Program-made: the position numbers and the translations under genes
The notes under the pieces: generated by a model
What the model was told of the DNA's origin: nothing
The model's database searches: none
Seen by the model: the letters and a program-made list of their open reading frames with translations, nothing else
In this document: piece after piece, positions 47,394 to 56,564 of the stretch
How positions within the stretch are numbered: the first letter of the stretch is position 1
Layout: every line of letters begins with the position of its first letter
Assembly (NCBI GenBank): GCA_045577925.1
Contig: JAZNJH010000008.1
Coordinates: 15,973-79,972 of the forward strand
Source: Eubacteriales bacterium
GTDB taxonomy: Bacteria > Bacillota > Clostridia > Oscillospirales > CAG-272
Direction: 5' to 3'
Length of the DNA: 64,000 nt

Positions 47394-47513
47394 GATAGTG
47401 ACCTGAAAATAATAAATAATTTATTTAACGACAATTATATACTATTATACAATATTTAAACTACTATACAAGTTAATTTTTTGTAAATTATTTAATCTAT
47501 TTAATAAACAAAC

Positions 47514-47540
47514 AAAAAAAGACGCCTTGGCGTCTTTTTT
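47514..47540. terminator. Bidirectional terminator
   Basis: aaaaaaa-gacgcc (47521-26)-tt-ggcgtc (47529-34)-tttttt. Confidence 0.75.
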
Positions 47541-47553
47541 AGAGTGCTGGAAC

Positions 47554-48120
47554 TTAGTTTTTCCTTGAACCTGGATTAGCAAACACTTTGAAATTTTTCA
47601 GCCCGGCGATATATGCGATCTGTGTCACCAACACAGAAAAAGCAATCGCTATCAACAACAGAAAAAGCTTAATGATCTCGAAATTAACTCCTGGAATGTC
47701 TGCAAATGAAATGATCGCAATATACATACCGTTTAACAACCACGCAATTAAAGAGCATATAGCGGTAGTGTTAGCCGCCCATTGTAATCCGAAACCTTTT
47801 GCAAGATAATAACACAATATAGCAGTAACTATCAAAATGAAATTTATAGCGTTTGCAGAAACCCCAAGATAAACCCCCTTCAGTTTAACGGGTTGCATTC
47901 GTCCGCCATCAATTTTTATTTTATCTCTGGCCCCTATATCCCAACCGGCAGTATATAAAAGATAAATATAAAAAAGTATTGAAAGCAATCCGCAAGCAAG
48001 CTTTAATGTATCATTTGAAAAAGATGCTGCTGAGAGAAGGAGAGCGAATATAGTCATCGCTATCTGATTTACAGAAAGTTTCAGGATATTATTTGAATTT
48101 TCGTTTAAGAAATTAAGCAT
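47554..48120 (-). CDS. Hypothetical membrane protein (about 5 TM)
   Basis: Hydrophobic segments throughout. ATG at 48120 (MLNFLNENSNN) is preferred over the ORF-track start at 48207. I recognise no family. Confidence 0.55.
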   Translation of the reverse strand: MLNFLNENSNNILKLSVNQIAMTIFALLLSAASFSNDTLKLACGLLSILFYIYLLYTAGWDIGARDKIKIDGGRMQPVKLKGVYLGVSANAINFILIVTAILCYYLAKGFGLQWAANTTAICSLIAWLLNGMYIAIISFADIPGVNFEIIKLFLLLIAIAFSVLVTQIAYIAGLKNFKVFANPGSRKN

Positions 48121-48267
48121 AAGAATGCCTTGCCCTTTCAATTGAACGTAGTTAACTTTATTATATTTTAAACCAAAAACAGGATATTTGCAATATGTTC
48201 GAAGCATTGTTTACACCTTTATAACAAATAGAATTAAGATCAAATATGTGAAGTTTGCTGATATTTG

Positions 48268-48296
48268 TTGACTTTGATGCGAAATTAAACTATAAT
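48268..48296 (+). promoter_or_regulatory. Sigma-A-type promoter of the recombinase gene
   Basis: TTGACT (48268-73), 17-nt spacer, TATAAT (48291-96). Confidence 0.55.
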
Positions 48297-48338
48297 AAAT
48301 ACATAAATAGTAATCAAACATAAGGAGGAGTGGCTATT

Positions 48339-49352
48339 ATGGATAAATCAATAAACGAGAAACTGAACGGCCTTCCTTCAATAGCGCGTGAATACTGTAT
48401 GAGTAAGCTGGTAATAGAGAATCGCTCGCCCAAAACTGTTGCTGAGTATGCTCTTGATTTATCTGTATTCTTCAAATATATGCGCGTTCACAAAGAATCT
48501 CTGAGCATCGACGTTTATGATAATAATGCGATATCAGAGATCGATATAAGTAATATAGATATTAAGTTCATAAACAGTATATCAACTCTTGATATATATG
48601 AATTCCTGATATATACCCAAAGTATCAGAGGTAACGACTGGGCGTCACGCGCCCGTAAGCTTTCGGCGATCAAGAATTTTTACAAATACATTACGGTTAA
48701 AATGCATTTGAGCGAACATAACCCTGCAAGAGATATAGAGAGCCCAAAAGCAAAAAAAACCTTGCCCAAATACTTGACTTTAGAAGAAGCGCAAACTCTT
48801 TTGAATACAATAGCCGGGGACGAGGGTTCAAAAACGCTTGACAGGGATTACGCAATTGTAACTTTGTTTCTGAATTGCGGTATGCGTTTGTCTGAGCTTG
48901 TTGGCATAAATTTATCCGACATAAGTGCAGACAAATCTACGCTGAGAGTAGTTGGTAAAGGAAATAAGGAGCGTATTATATATTTAAACGATGCCTGCAG
49001 AGACGTGCTTGATTCGTACCTTGCAGTGCGCGCTCTTATATCGGGAATCACTGAACCTAATGCGCTGTTTATAAGCAACAGAGGTGTACGAATGAGCGTA
49101 AAAACGGTACAGTGGATGGTTTATAAGTATCTGAAGCTGGCAGGTTTCGAAAATAAAAAACTTTCAGTACATAAATTAAGACATACCGCGGCAACACTGA
49201 TGTACCGTACAGGTAAAGTAGACGTGCGAGTGCTCAAAGATATTCTTGGTCATGAGCAACTTAATACTACACAGATATATACACACGTCAGTGATGAATC
49301 TATGCGCGATGCAATAGATTCAAACCCGATCTCACACATCAGGAAGACGTGA
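48339..49352 (+). CDS. Tyrosine site-specific recombinase, XerC/XerD family
   Basis: SAM-like N-domain. Catalytic R (NCGMRLSEL), HxxR (HKLRHTAAT), H (LGHEQ) and Y (TQIYTHV). ATG at 48339 lies 10 nt after AAGGAGG. Confidence 0.85.
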   Translation: MDKSINEKLNGLPSIAREYCMSKLVIENRSPKTVAEYALDLSVFFKYMRVHKESLSIDVYDNNAISEIDISNIDIKFINSISTLDIYEFLIYTQSIRGNDWASRARKLSAIKNFYKYITVKMHLSEHNPARDIESPKAKKTLPKYLTLEEAQTLLNTIAGDEGSKTLDRDYAIVTLFLNCGMRLSELVGINLSDISADKSTLRVVGKGNKERIIYLNDACRDVLDSYLAVRALISGITEPNALFISNRGVRMSVKTVQWMVYKYLKLAGFENKKLSVHKLRHTAATLMYRTGKVDVRVLKDILGHEQLNTTQIYTHVSDESMRDAIDSNPISHIRKT

Positions 49353-49435
49353 TTTTAAAATATCAACAACTAAATAAACAACTTTTATCATTAACTTGTA
49401 TAATTTAATGAATTTGAATATTTTTGCAAAAACTA

Positions 49436-49464
49436 TTGCATATTTTATCACCGTATGCTATAAT
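49436..49464 (+). promoter_or_regulatory. Sigma-A-type promoter of argG
   Basis: TTGCAT (49436-41), 17-nt spacer, TATAAT (49459-64). The -10 box is embedded in the palindrome tgctat-aatg-atagca. Confidence 0.5.
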
Positions 49465-49518
49465 GATAGCATAATATAACACTAAAAACTAATATTTATT
49501 CATATGGAGGCAAACGAA

Positions 49519-50745
49519 ATGAATAAGGAAAACATAAAAAAAGTAGTACTCGCGTATTCAGGCGGACTTGATACTTCAATTATCATTCCGTGGTTAAAAG
49601 AGAACTATAATAACTGCGAGGTAATCGCCGTATCCGGTAACGTTGGACAAGCTGATGAGCTTGAAGGACTAGAAGAAAAGGCAATAAAGACCGGTGCATC
49701 TAAGATATATATCGAAGATCTTACCGATGAATTTGTTGATGATTACGTAATCCCCACTGTAAAGGCAGGTGCTCTTTACGAGGATTATATGCTTGGTACA
49801 TCATTTGCAAGACCTGTTATAGCTAAGCGTATTGCAGAAATCGCAGAAGCAGAAGGCGCAGACGCTATCTGCCACGGCTGTACCGGTAAGGGTAACGACC
49901 AGGTTCGTTTTGAGCTTACAATAAAGGCATTTTTGCCTGATATGCCTATAATCGCTCCCTGGAGAGAGTGGGATATCAAGTCGCGTGAAGAAGAGATCGA
50001 GTATGCAGAGGCACATAACGTACCTCTTAAGATCAATCGTGAAACGAACTATTCCAAGGATAAAAACCTCTGGCACCTTTCACACGAAGGACTTGATCTT
50101 GAAGATGCAGGAAATGAGCCGCTGTATGAAAAGAAAGGCTTCCTTGAAATGGGTGTGTCCCCCATTGATGCTCCCGATAAGCCTACATACGTAACGCTTG
50201 ACTTTGAAAAGGGAATACCCGTAGCAATCGACGGCGAAAAGATGAGCGCAAAGAATATTATTTTAAAGCTTAACGAGCTTGGAGGATCAAACGGTATCGG
50301 ACTTCTCGATATAGTTGAAAACAGACTTGTTGGTATGAAGTGCCGCGGCGTATATGAAACCCCCGGCGGAGCAATTCTGTATGCTGCACATAATTATCTT
50401 GAAACACTCACTCTTGATAAGATGACGATGCATAAAAAGCAGGAGCTTGGTATCACGTTCGGCGAACTCGTATATAACGGACAGTGGTTTACACCTTTGC
50501 GTGAGGCTATTTCCGCATTTGTTGATAAGACACAGGAAACAGTTACAGGTAAGGTTAAGCTCAAGCTTTATAAGGGCAATATTATCAAGGCAGGCGCATG
50601 GAGCGATTATTCTCTTTACTCTGAAGAGATCGCAACATTTGGCGAAAACAACGTATACAATCACGCTTATTCAGCAGGATTTATCAATCTTTACGGGCTT
50701 CCGATCAAGGTCCAGGCACAGGTTAAAGCAAAGAACAAGAAGTAA
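49519..50745 (+). CDS. argG: Argininosuccinate synthase
   Basis: PP-loop [12 protein letters not shown]; [16 protein letters not shown] at 49519 lies 8 nt after GGAGG. Confidence 0.95.
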   Translation: MNKENIKKVVLAYSGGLDTSIIIPWLKENYNNCEVIAVSGNVGQADELEGLEEKAIKTGASKIYIEDLTDEFVDDYVIPTVKAGALYEDYMLGTSFARPVIAKRIAEIAEAEGADAICHGCTGKGNDQVRFELTIKAFLPDMPIIAPWREWDIKSREEEIEYAEAHNVPLKINRETNYSKDKNLWHLSHEGLDLEDAGNEPLYEKKGFLEMGVSPIDAPDKPTYVTLDFEKGIPVAIDGEKMSAKNIILKLNELGGSNGIGLLDIVENRLVGMKCRGVYETPGGAILYAAHNYLETLTLDKMTMHKKQELGITFGELVYNGQWFTPLREAISAFVDKTQETVTGKVKLKLYKGNIIKAGAWSDYSLYSEEIATFGENNVYNHAYSAGFINLYGLPIKVQAQVKAKNKK

Positions 50746-50749
50746 TATA

Positions 50750-50788
50750 AAGAAGACCGCAAGGCGATTTGCCTTGCGGTCTTCTTTG
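50750..50788. terminator. Bidirectional terminator (16-bp stem)
   Basis: aagaagaccgcaaggc (50750-65) / gccttgcggtcttctt (50771-86). Confidence 0.8.
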
Positions 50789-50829
50789 CAAATGAAAGGT
50801 TATTTCATTTTTATCGTTGCATATCGGTT

Positions 50830-51438
50830 TTACTGATTCTTTAGAATTAAAGATATTTCATCTTTACTACTAAATCCTAAATCAACATTAATTTCTAATT
50901 CTGACCAATTTGTTGGCAACTGATAGAACAAACCTCCTCTAAGCTTTTTCCCTTGACCAACAGTTCCGTTTATGGTGTTATTTTTAGAGGCTGTACTTGC
51001 GACCAAGTCTTCCTGTATAGCAAAACCATCAAGATACGCATTAAAGTTTAGTATAGAACTTACGTTTAGATCACTATTTGAAGTGTTTTCAATTAGCATT
51101 AATACCTCAACAAAAACGTTTCCCTCGTCAGGTTGTATAAATTGATTATCACTTTCAATGACGTTAAGTGCTTCAACAGTTAGTTTATAGGATTTTGCTG
51201 TTATGGTTGTTCCAATTGAGTATGCTTCATCTGTTTGTGATGAATGCTCAGGCATGTCATTTTCGCTCGTAGTATCATCGTTTGAGCTTGTGCTGTTAAT
51301 AACAAATTTAGTATTTGACTCAGAATTCGAGTTATAGGTCTTTGGTTCACCAGAATTCTTGCTATTACTTCCTACAAAGGCAATTAGCACTATAACAATA
51401 GCCCAGAACCACCATTTTTTGTAAAATGCTTTTTTCAT
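50830..51438 (-). CDS. Membrane-anchored extracytoplasmic protein, DUF4352-like beta-sandwich
   Basis: N-terminal anchor KKWWFWAIVIVLIAFVG, a Ser/Thr/Asn-rich linker, and a C-terminal region typical of DUF4352 (AKSYKLTV...VFVEVLMLIENTS...GGLFYQLP). The gene is AT-rich relative to its neighbours. Confidence 0.65.
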   Translation of the reverse strand: MKKAFYKKWWFWAIVIVLIAFVGSNSKNSGEPKTYNSNSESNTKFVINSTSSNDDTTSENDMPEHSSQTDEAYSIGTTITAKSYKLTVEALNVIESDNQFIQPDEGNVFVEVLMLIENTSNSDLNVSSILNFNAYLDGFAIQEDLVASTASKNNTINGTVGQGKKLRGGLFYQLPTNWSELEINVDLGFSSKDEISLILKNQ

Positions 51439-51500
51439 AATTTCACTCCTATTTTTACCTTTTCAGTGTAAATAATTAAATAGTAACAAAATGTACATAT

Positions 51501-51525
51501 TTATTGTAACACACTGTTACAATAA
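51501..51525. promoter_or_regulatory. Perfect palindrome between divergent genes (candidate operator overlapping both -10 boxes)
   Basis: ttattgtaaca-cac-tgttacaataa, 11-bp arms. Each arm contains TACAAT when read towards its own gene. Confidence 0.55.
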
Positions 51526-51571
51526 AGTCAAGCAAATTAATAAATTTTTTGAAATGGAAGCTTGATTTTAT

Positions 51572-51778
51572 ATGAAAATGATTGGACTACGTGAAATCCG
51601 CAAGAAAAAGGGGTACAGTCAATTAAAAATTGCGTTTGATCTTAACATATCGAGGGAAGCATTGTCATATTATGAAAACGGAAAGAGAAACCCAAGCTTA
51701 GATATGTTAGTTGCATTTTCGAAATACTTCGGAAAGTCTATTGACTATCTAATAATAGGACAAGAATTTCCTCATTAA
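51572..51778 (+). CDS. Small XRE-family HTH transcriptional regulator (68 aa)
   Basis: LREIRKKKGYSQLKIAFDLNISREALSYYENGKRNPSLDMLVAFSKYFGKSIDYLI is a Cro/C1 HTH. Confidence 0.8.
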   Translation: MKMIGLREIRKKKGYSQLKIAFDLNISREALSYYENGKRNPSLDMLVAFSKYFGKSIDYLIIGQEFPH

Positions 51779-51795
51779 AATTAATCGGTAAATAT

Positions 51796-51856
51796 AAAAA
51801 GAGCAAATCGTATTGTGAACTATTTGGGTTCACTTCAATTGATTTGCTCTTTTTTA
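51796..51856. terminator. Composite bidirectional terminator
   Basis: Outer aagagcaaatc (51799-809) / gatttgctctt (51841-51), inner gtgaac/gttcac; flanked by A-run and T-run. Confidence 0.6.
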
Positions 51857-51861
51857 TGTAG

Positions 51862-52683
51862 TTATATATTTGCATCAATATATTCAATCAGTCCTGCGAC
51901 TGCACCGTCGTTGTTTGAGCATACGATAACGTCGGCAATCTCGCGAAGCTGTATTATGGCGTTTGAAGGGCAAGCCGAGAGGTCAGCGTCTTTCAAAAGC
52001 GGCAGATCATTGCCGTAATCACCTATGCCGTAAAGAGTAAATACGCCGTCTTTGTTTTTCGCTTCGCACATGTGCTTTAGTTCCTGCGCTGCATGACCTT
52101 TTGTTGCTCTGATATTGTTTATCTCAAGCATTGTCGGCCAAGAACGGCATATTATGTAAAGATTTTCAGCAGATACGTTTATAAATTTTTCAACCAGATC
52201 AAGTTGGGCTTTCTCTCCGTGAAAAACAATCGAATACCAGTCGCTTGTCGGTACATCGTCAAGGTCTGCGAAAACAAAATTTTCTTCAGTTTGGTCAAAC
52301 TTTGGGGTCGACATGTTTTCGAGAGAGCCGATAATATAGAATTTTTTGTCAACGGTAATCGAAACCGTTACTCCGGGAAAACTATCAAGAACGGTTTTTA
52401 TAATAGAAATAGCCGGACCGGGTGCTATACATATCTCATTGTGGCGTCGGCCGTTTTCAAAGTCATAAATGTACGCTCCGTTGCAGCAAATCAACGGAGC
52501 ATTTGCAAGCTTTGCGATCTCGGGTTCTATAGTGACCTCGTTTCTTCCTGTGGCAAACGTAAACAGACCGCCGTTTTCCTTGAAATAATTGATAGCGTCA
52601 ATATTACAGCTGGGTATAAGCTCGTTGTCATCGAAAAAAGTACCGTCAATATCGCTTACTATAAGCTTGTTGTCAAATTTCAT
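51862..52683 (-). CDS. Cof-type HAD-IIB family hydrolase
   Basis: LIVSDIDGTFF motif I, FATGR motif II, GIGDYGNDLPLL motif IV. ATG at 52683 is preceded by GGAGG. Confidence 0.85.
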   Translation of the reverse strand: MKFDNKLIVSDIDGTFFDDNELIPSCNIDAINYFKENGGLFTFATGRNEVTIEPEIAKLANAPLICCNGAYIYDFENGRRHNEICIAPGPAISIIKTVLDSFPGVTVSITVDKKFYIIGSLENMSTPKFDQTEENFVFADLDDVPTSDWYSIVFHGEKAQLDLVEKFINVSAENLYIICRSWPTMLEINNIRATKGHAAQELKHMCEAKNKDGVFTLYGIGDYGNDLPLLKDADLSACPSNAIIQLREIADVIVCSNNDGAVAGLIEYIDANI

Positions 52684-52724
52684 AAATCCTCCGAATATGA
52701 TATGCGTTATAACAGGTTGAGCAA

Positions 52725-53672
52725 TCACATTTTTCTGAGTTTTTCAAGTATAAGTTCAAAATAAGGCGGAAGACCGGAGTCGAAAAAGAGTCTTTCGCCG
52801 GTTATCGGATGATCAAATCCAATAATACGCGCATGTAGGCATTGACCGTTAAGCGTTGATGCATTCATCTTTTCGAATCTATCCTGGTTAGGCTTATAGA
52901 CTGTATCACCAATAACCGGATGCGATATGCTTGACATGTGAACACGAATCTGATGAGTCCTGCCTGTTTCAAGTTTTAATTTAAGATAAGTATATGCTCC
53001 GAAACGCTCCATTACTTCATAGTGAGTTCTTGCATCACGCGCTGATGTTGAGCTGGTTTTAATTACCGCCATTTTCTTGCGGTCAACGGGGTGTCTGCCT
53101 ATGGGCGCATCGACAATTCCGAAGTCTTCTTTTAAATTGCCGGCAACGATAGCATTATATTCACGGTCAAAAGAATGATCCTTTATCTGTTTTGCCAGCG
53201 AAAGATGCGCTTCGTTGCATTTTGCAACAATAAGAAGACCGCTTGTATCCTTATCAATTCTGTGAACGATTCCGGGCCTTATTACCCCGTTGATCGAAGA
53301 GAGTGAATCCTTGCAATGATACATAAGCGCGTTCACCAGCGTACCGCTTGAGTTTCCCGGGGCAGGATGAACGACCATACCTTTTGGCTTGTTAACAACA
53401 AGTAAATACTTGTCTTCAAATATTATATCAAGCTCAATGTTTTCCGGTAAAACATCCAGTATTTCCGGCTTTGGAAGAGTAAGTATTATTTCTTCTGCTG
53501 CCGCGCGTATTTTATAGTTTTTTTTAACGCTTGCATTGTTAACAGTGACCAAAGAATCGTCGATCAGCTTTTGAATCGCTGAGCGCGTCATCTCTGTTTC
53601 TCTTGATAGAAAAGCATCAAGTCTGTCGCCGATATCGCAAACTTTTGTAAAAAGAGTAATTATTTCATCCAT
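52725..53672 (-). CDS. rluD: RluA-family 23S rRNA pseudouridine synthase (RluD-like)
   Basis: N-terminal S4 domain; catalytic motif VHRIDKDTSGLL; HQIRVH. Confidence 0.9.
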   Translation of the reverse strand: MDEIITLFTKVCDIGDRLDAFLSRETEMTRSAIQKLIDDSLVTVNNASVKKNYKIRAAAEEIILTLPKPEILDVLPENIELDIIFEDKYLLVVNKPKGMVVHPAPGNSSGTLVNALMYHCKDSLSSINGVIRPGIVHRIDKDTSGLLIVAKCNEAHLSLAKQIKDHSFDREYNAIVAGNLKEDFGIVDAPIGRHPVDRKKMAVIKTSSTSARDARTHYEVMERFGAYTYLKLKLETGRTHQIRVHMSSISHPVIGDTVYKPNQDRFEKMNASTLNGQCLHARIIGFDHPITGERLFFDSGLPPYFELILEKLRKM

Positions 53673-53697
53673 AAATCGGCAAAATGCAGGGAAGACA

Positions 53698-54177
53698 TCA
53701 AGTCGTCCCCTGCAAATCTCCTTTTTTACTGAATATAAGATATATAATTAATAGAGCCGCACCGCAAGTTACGCATATGTCTGCAACGTTGAAAACAGGG
53801 AAGTCTATAATCTCAAAGTATATAAAGTCTATAACGTAACCAAGCGTTATTCTATCAACCATATTTCCGATTCCGCCGCCTGCTATAAGTGCAAGAGAAA
53901 CAAGAACCGTGTAACTGTTTTCCTTATAGAAAATCAAATATACAAGTATAGCTATGATTGAAATAATAGACACTGTCATGAATACCCAACGATTGTTAGA
54001 AAGCATTCCAAAAGCAGCTCCGCGGTTTTCGTGATAAGTAAAAGAAAGTACATCACGGATCAAATCAACGCTTTTGAGAGATGTATCTTTAAGGCAAAGC
54101 ATTGCAATTGTTTTTGTTGCGTGATCGAGTATAACCAATGCAACAATAATTAGAAATGAAAAGATTTTTTTATTCAT
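53698..54177 (-). CDS. lspA: Lipoprotein signal peptidase II
   Basis: Four TM segments with catalytic Asp motifs GNMVDR and FNVADI. Confidence 0.9.
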   Translation of the reverse strand: MNKKIFSFLIIVALVILDHATKTIAMLCLKDTSLKSVDLIRDVLSFTYHENRGAAFGMLSNNRWVFMTVSIISIIAILVYLIFYKENSYTVLVSLALIAGGGIGNMVDRITLGYVIDFIYFEIIDFPVFNVADICVTCGAALLIIYLIFSKKGDLQGTT

Positions 54178-54913
54178 TATCGTCTTTGATTTTGTTTATT
54201 ACAAGAGTGTCGCCGCTATTATCATTGCTTTCTACAGTATTGTCTTCTACTTTTTCAAAAACAACAGTATCAGCATTTTCAAAGAGTGTGTCTTCATCAA
54301 CAATGGTGGCATCTTCTTTTATTATGTCCGTTTCGGCTGTATCGACAAAGTCGTAGTTAATATTAACCTGAGGCTTATCTTCGGGCTTTTGGTTCTTAAG
54401 AGCAGCTTTAGCTCTTTTAGCTGCTTCAAGAAGATAGTCTTCGCTTGACTTTATTTTTGCGGAGTCCGTAATTTTAGTAAGAGCTTCCACGCGTTCTATG
54501 TGCTCACGGTATGTTTCATATAAACTGCGCTTGAGAGAGCTTACCTGGTTTTTCAGAGCAATAACAGTATCTCTTTCGGCATTTATCTGTTCATTAAGAT
54601 CGGAAAGAACGGAGTTACCGCCAACCTTCGCAGATTCTATAATTGCATCAGCTCGTGCATTGGCCTTTTCTATAATAGTTGCCGCAACCTTTTGAGCATT
54701 AACTATATTGCTTCTTATAGATTGCTTTTCACTTTCAAGTTCAGTCTTTTGATCAATAGCCGCACGCAATTGTTGCTCAAGTTCAAAATTTCTTCTGAAA
54801 AGCTCAGTGTATTTTTCAAGCATAAAGCTCATGTATTCATCAACTTCAGCAACACTGTATCCTCTCACAGCTTTGGTAAAGCTTTTCTTTTTTAGTTCAC
54901 TCGGCTTTAACAT
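54170..54913 (-). CDS. divIVA: DivIVA domain-containing cell-division protein
   Basis: MLKPSELKKKSFTKAVRGYSVAEVDEYMSFM DivIVA N-domain, coiled coil, acidic tail. Confidence 0.9.
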   Translation of the reverse strand: MLKPSELKKKSFTKAVRGYSVAEVDEYMSFMLEKYTELFRRNFELEQQLRAAIDQKTELESEKQSIRSNIVNAQKVAATIIEKANARADAIIESAKVGGNSVLSDLNEQINAERDTVIALKNQVSSLKRSLYETYREHIERVEALTKITDSAKIKSSEDYLLEAAKRAKAALKNQKPEDKPQVNINYDFVDTAETDIIKEDATIVDEDTLFENADTVVFEKVEDNTVESNDNSGDTLVINKIKDDNE

Positions 54914-54932
54914 TTTATATTACCTCGAAGAT

Positions 54933-55775
54933 TCATATATATTTTAACACGGTGATACGGGATTTTCCTTTAGACGTAACACCGCTTGTGTCGTCAATTT
55001 TATATTTTCCATATCCGCGAACGGATATTATATCGCCATCAGTAACAATGTCATCAGGCGAGGCTTTAGAGTAGTAATTAAGCTCGGCAAGCCCTTGCTT
55101 AATTAAAGTTTTTGATTTTTCTCTTGAGACTCCGGTGATAGCAGAAAGAACACAGTCAAATCTCAAAGACGTCGTAACTGCTTGAGTGCTTTGAAAGTTG
55201 TGTTTAAGATGAACACGGGAAAAGTCCGAGCAAATTTCAGCTTTCACCGGTGTTCTGCCAACACTTGTAAGATTGTCACAAATAAAACTTGCCATGCTTT
55301 TAATGGCGAAAACGCAAGCACAATGGTCACCTTGCAGTACTATATCACCAATGGTAGACCTGTCAATGCCAAGCGAAAGAATAGCCCCCATGTAATCTCT
55401 GTGCGATAATTTTATAAAATTTGAGCAGGATATGCAAACAAGTGAGAGCTCATCAGACACGATTTCCCCGCAAAGCTTTATAACACTTTTGTCAGGTTCT
55501 ATGTAGCCTGGTTCTAAAAGCATAGAGTACATGGTAAACTCATCAAATATGACGAGCACCTTGCGCTCGGCATCATTAAAACCGCCGTAAAAGGTAAAGC
55601 AGAAAGAACCGTCCGACAATAGGGCGGTTTTTACGAGCTTTTGCTCACGGATATTCAAAAACGATGAAACGCGTGTTCTGGAATTACGGCTTCTTTCGGC
55701 AAGCTCAAGAGCGCTACAGACTACGCGTTTTTCGTCATTATCGGTGAAATTCATAAAGGACAAATTTTTACTCAT
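54933..55775 (-). CDS. YlmH-like RNA-binding protein with S4 domain
   Basis: C-terminal S4-like LRFDCVLSAITGVSREKSKTLIKQGLAELN; conserved position between yggT and divIVA. Confidence 0.8.
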   Translation of the reverse strand: MSKNLSFMNFTDNDEKRVVCSALELAERSRNSRTRVSSFLNIREQKLVKTALLSDGSFCFTFYGGFNDAERKVLVIFDEFTMYSMLLEPGYIEPDKSVIKLCGEIVSDELSLVCISCSNFIKLSHRDYMGAILSLGIDRSTIGDIVLQGDHCACVFAIKSMASFICDNLTSVGRTPVKAEICSDFSRVHLKHNFQSTQAVTTSLRFDCVLSAITGVSREKSKTLIKQGLAELNYYSKASPDDIVTDGDIISVRGYGKYKIDDTSGVTSKGKSRITVLKYI

Positions 55776-55780
55776 ATATT

Positions 55781-56074
55781 CTAAGCCTTAAAAAATGATA
55801 GCATTTCAGTTATAATACTTAAACCTATAAACGATATAATAAATGAAATGTCAATAGGAAGAGAATTTAATGAGTCGAACCTGTCTATTATCATTCTGAC
55901 CGGGATTATAAACGGCTCGGTTACAGCTATTAAAAAGGACTCAATTGGATTACCCTGAGATAGAGGGAACCATGAGAGTATTGCCCTAAAAAACATAAGT
56001 GACAACTCGACCGTTAATAGCAAATGTATAACGTTTGTAAATAAATAGAGTAAAAGATAAGCGAAATTGTTCAC
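55781..56074 (-). CDS. YggT family membrane protein
   Basis: 97 aa, FFRAILSWFP motif, two or three TM segments. GTG start with GAGG upstream. Confidence 0.8.
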   Translation of the reverse strand: MNNFAYLLLYLFTNVIHLLLTVELSLMFFRAILSWFPLSQGNPIESFLIAVTEPFIIPVRMIIDRFDSLNSLPIDISFIISFIGLSIITEMLSFFKA

Positions 56075-56127
56075 TCAAAACCTCGAAAACAATCGGGCTA
56101 AAAGCCTTTTAGTAAATTTATACTATA

Positions 56128-56544
56128 TTAGTTTTCTTCGTCTTCAGTATCTACAACAGCAGTAGGATCTCCTGTTACGTCAACATCGTGAGGAGTAATA
56201 ATAAATGTGTTTGCTGCAACGTTCTTAAACTTACCCTGAACAGAATATACAACACCCGTAAGGAAATCAATAAGACGTCTTGCGTCTTCTTTCTGTGTTA
56301 CTTCAAGATTGAGCACAACAGTTTTGCCTTCAAGAAGATGATCGGCAATCTGAGTTACTTCATTAAATGATGCGGGCTTAACAACCTTGAGCTGAAGGGA
56401 AGCACTGCTCATAGAAACACTGCCATCATCAGCATAACCGGTATCATACTCATCAGAAACTTCATCGTAACCGTTGTCATATGCTCCTATAACATCCTCA
56501 GAATTTTTGTTTGTCATGTTTTTAAGCGAGTCGAATATATTCAT
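56128..56544 (-). CDS. sepF: Cell division protein SepF
   Basis: C-terminal SepF domain VVKPASFNEVTQIADHLLEGKTVVLNL...RLIDFLTG. ATG at 56544 lies 5 nt after GGAGG. Confidence 0.9.
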   Translation of the reverse strand: MNIFDSLKNMTNKNSEDVIGAYDNGYDEVSDEYDTGYADDGSVSMSSASLQLKVVKPASFNEVTQIADHLLEGKTVVLNLEVTQKEDARRLIDFLTGVVYSVQGKFKNVAANTFIITPHDVDVTGDPTAVVDTEDEEN

Positions 56545-56564
56545 TTCTACCTCCAAAAAATAAT

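Noticed and set aside
52093-52764. A 223-aa plus-strand ORF antisense to the HAD hydrolase gene
   Set aside because: It has no recognisable domain or RBS, and it lies entirely within a better-supported CDS.
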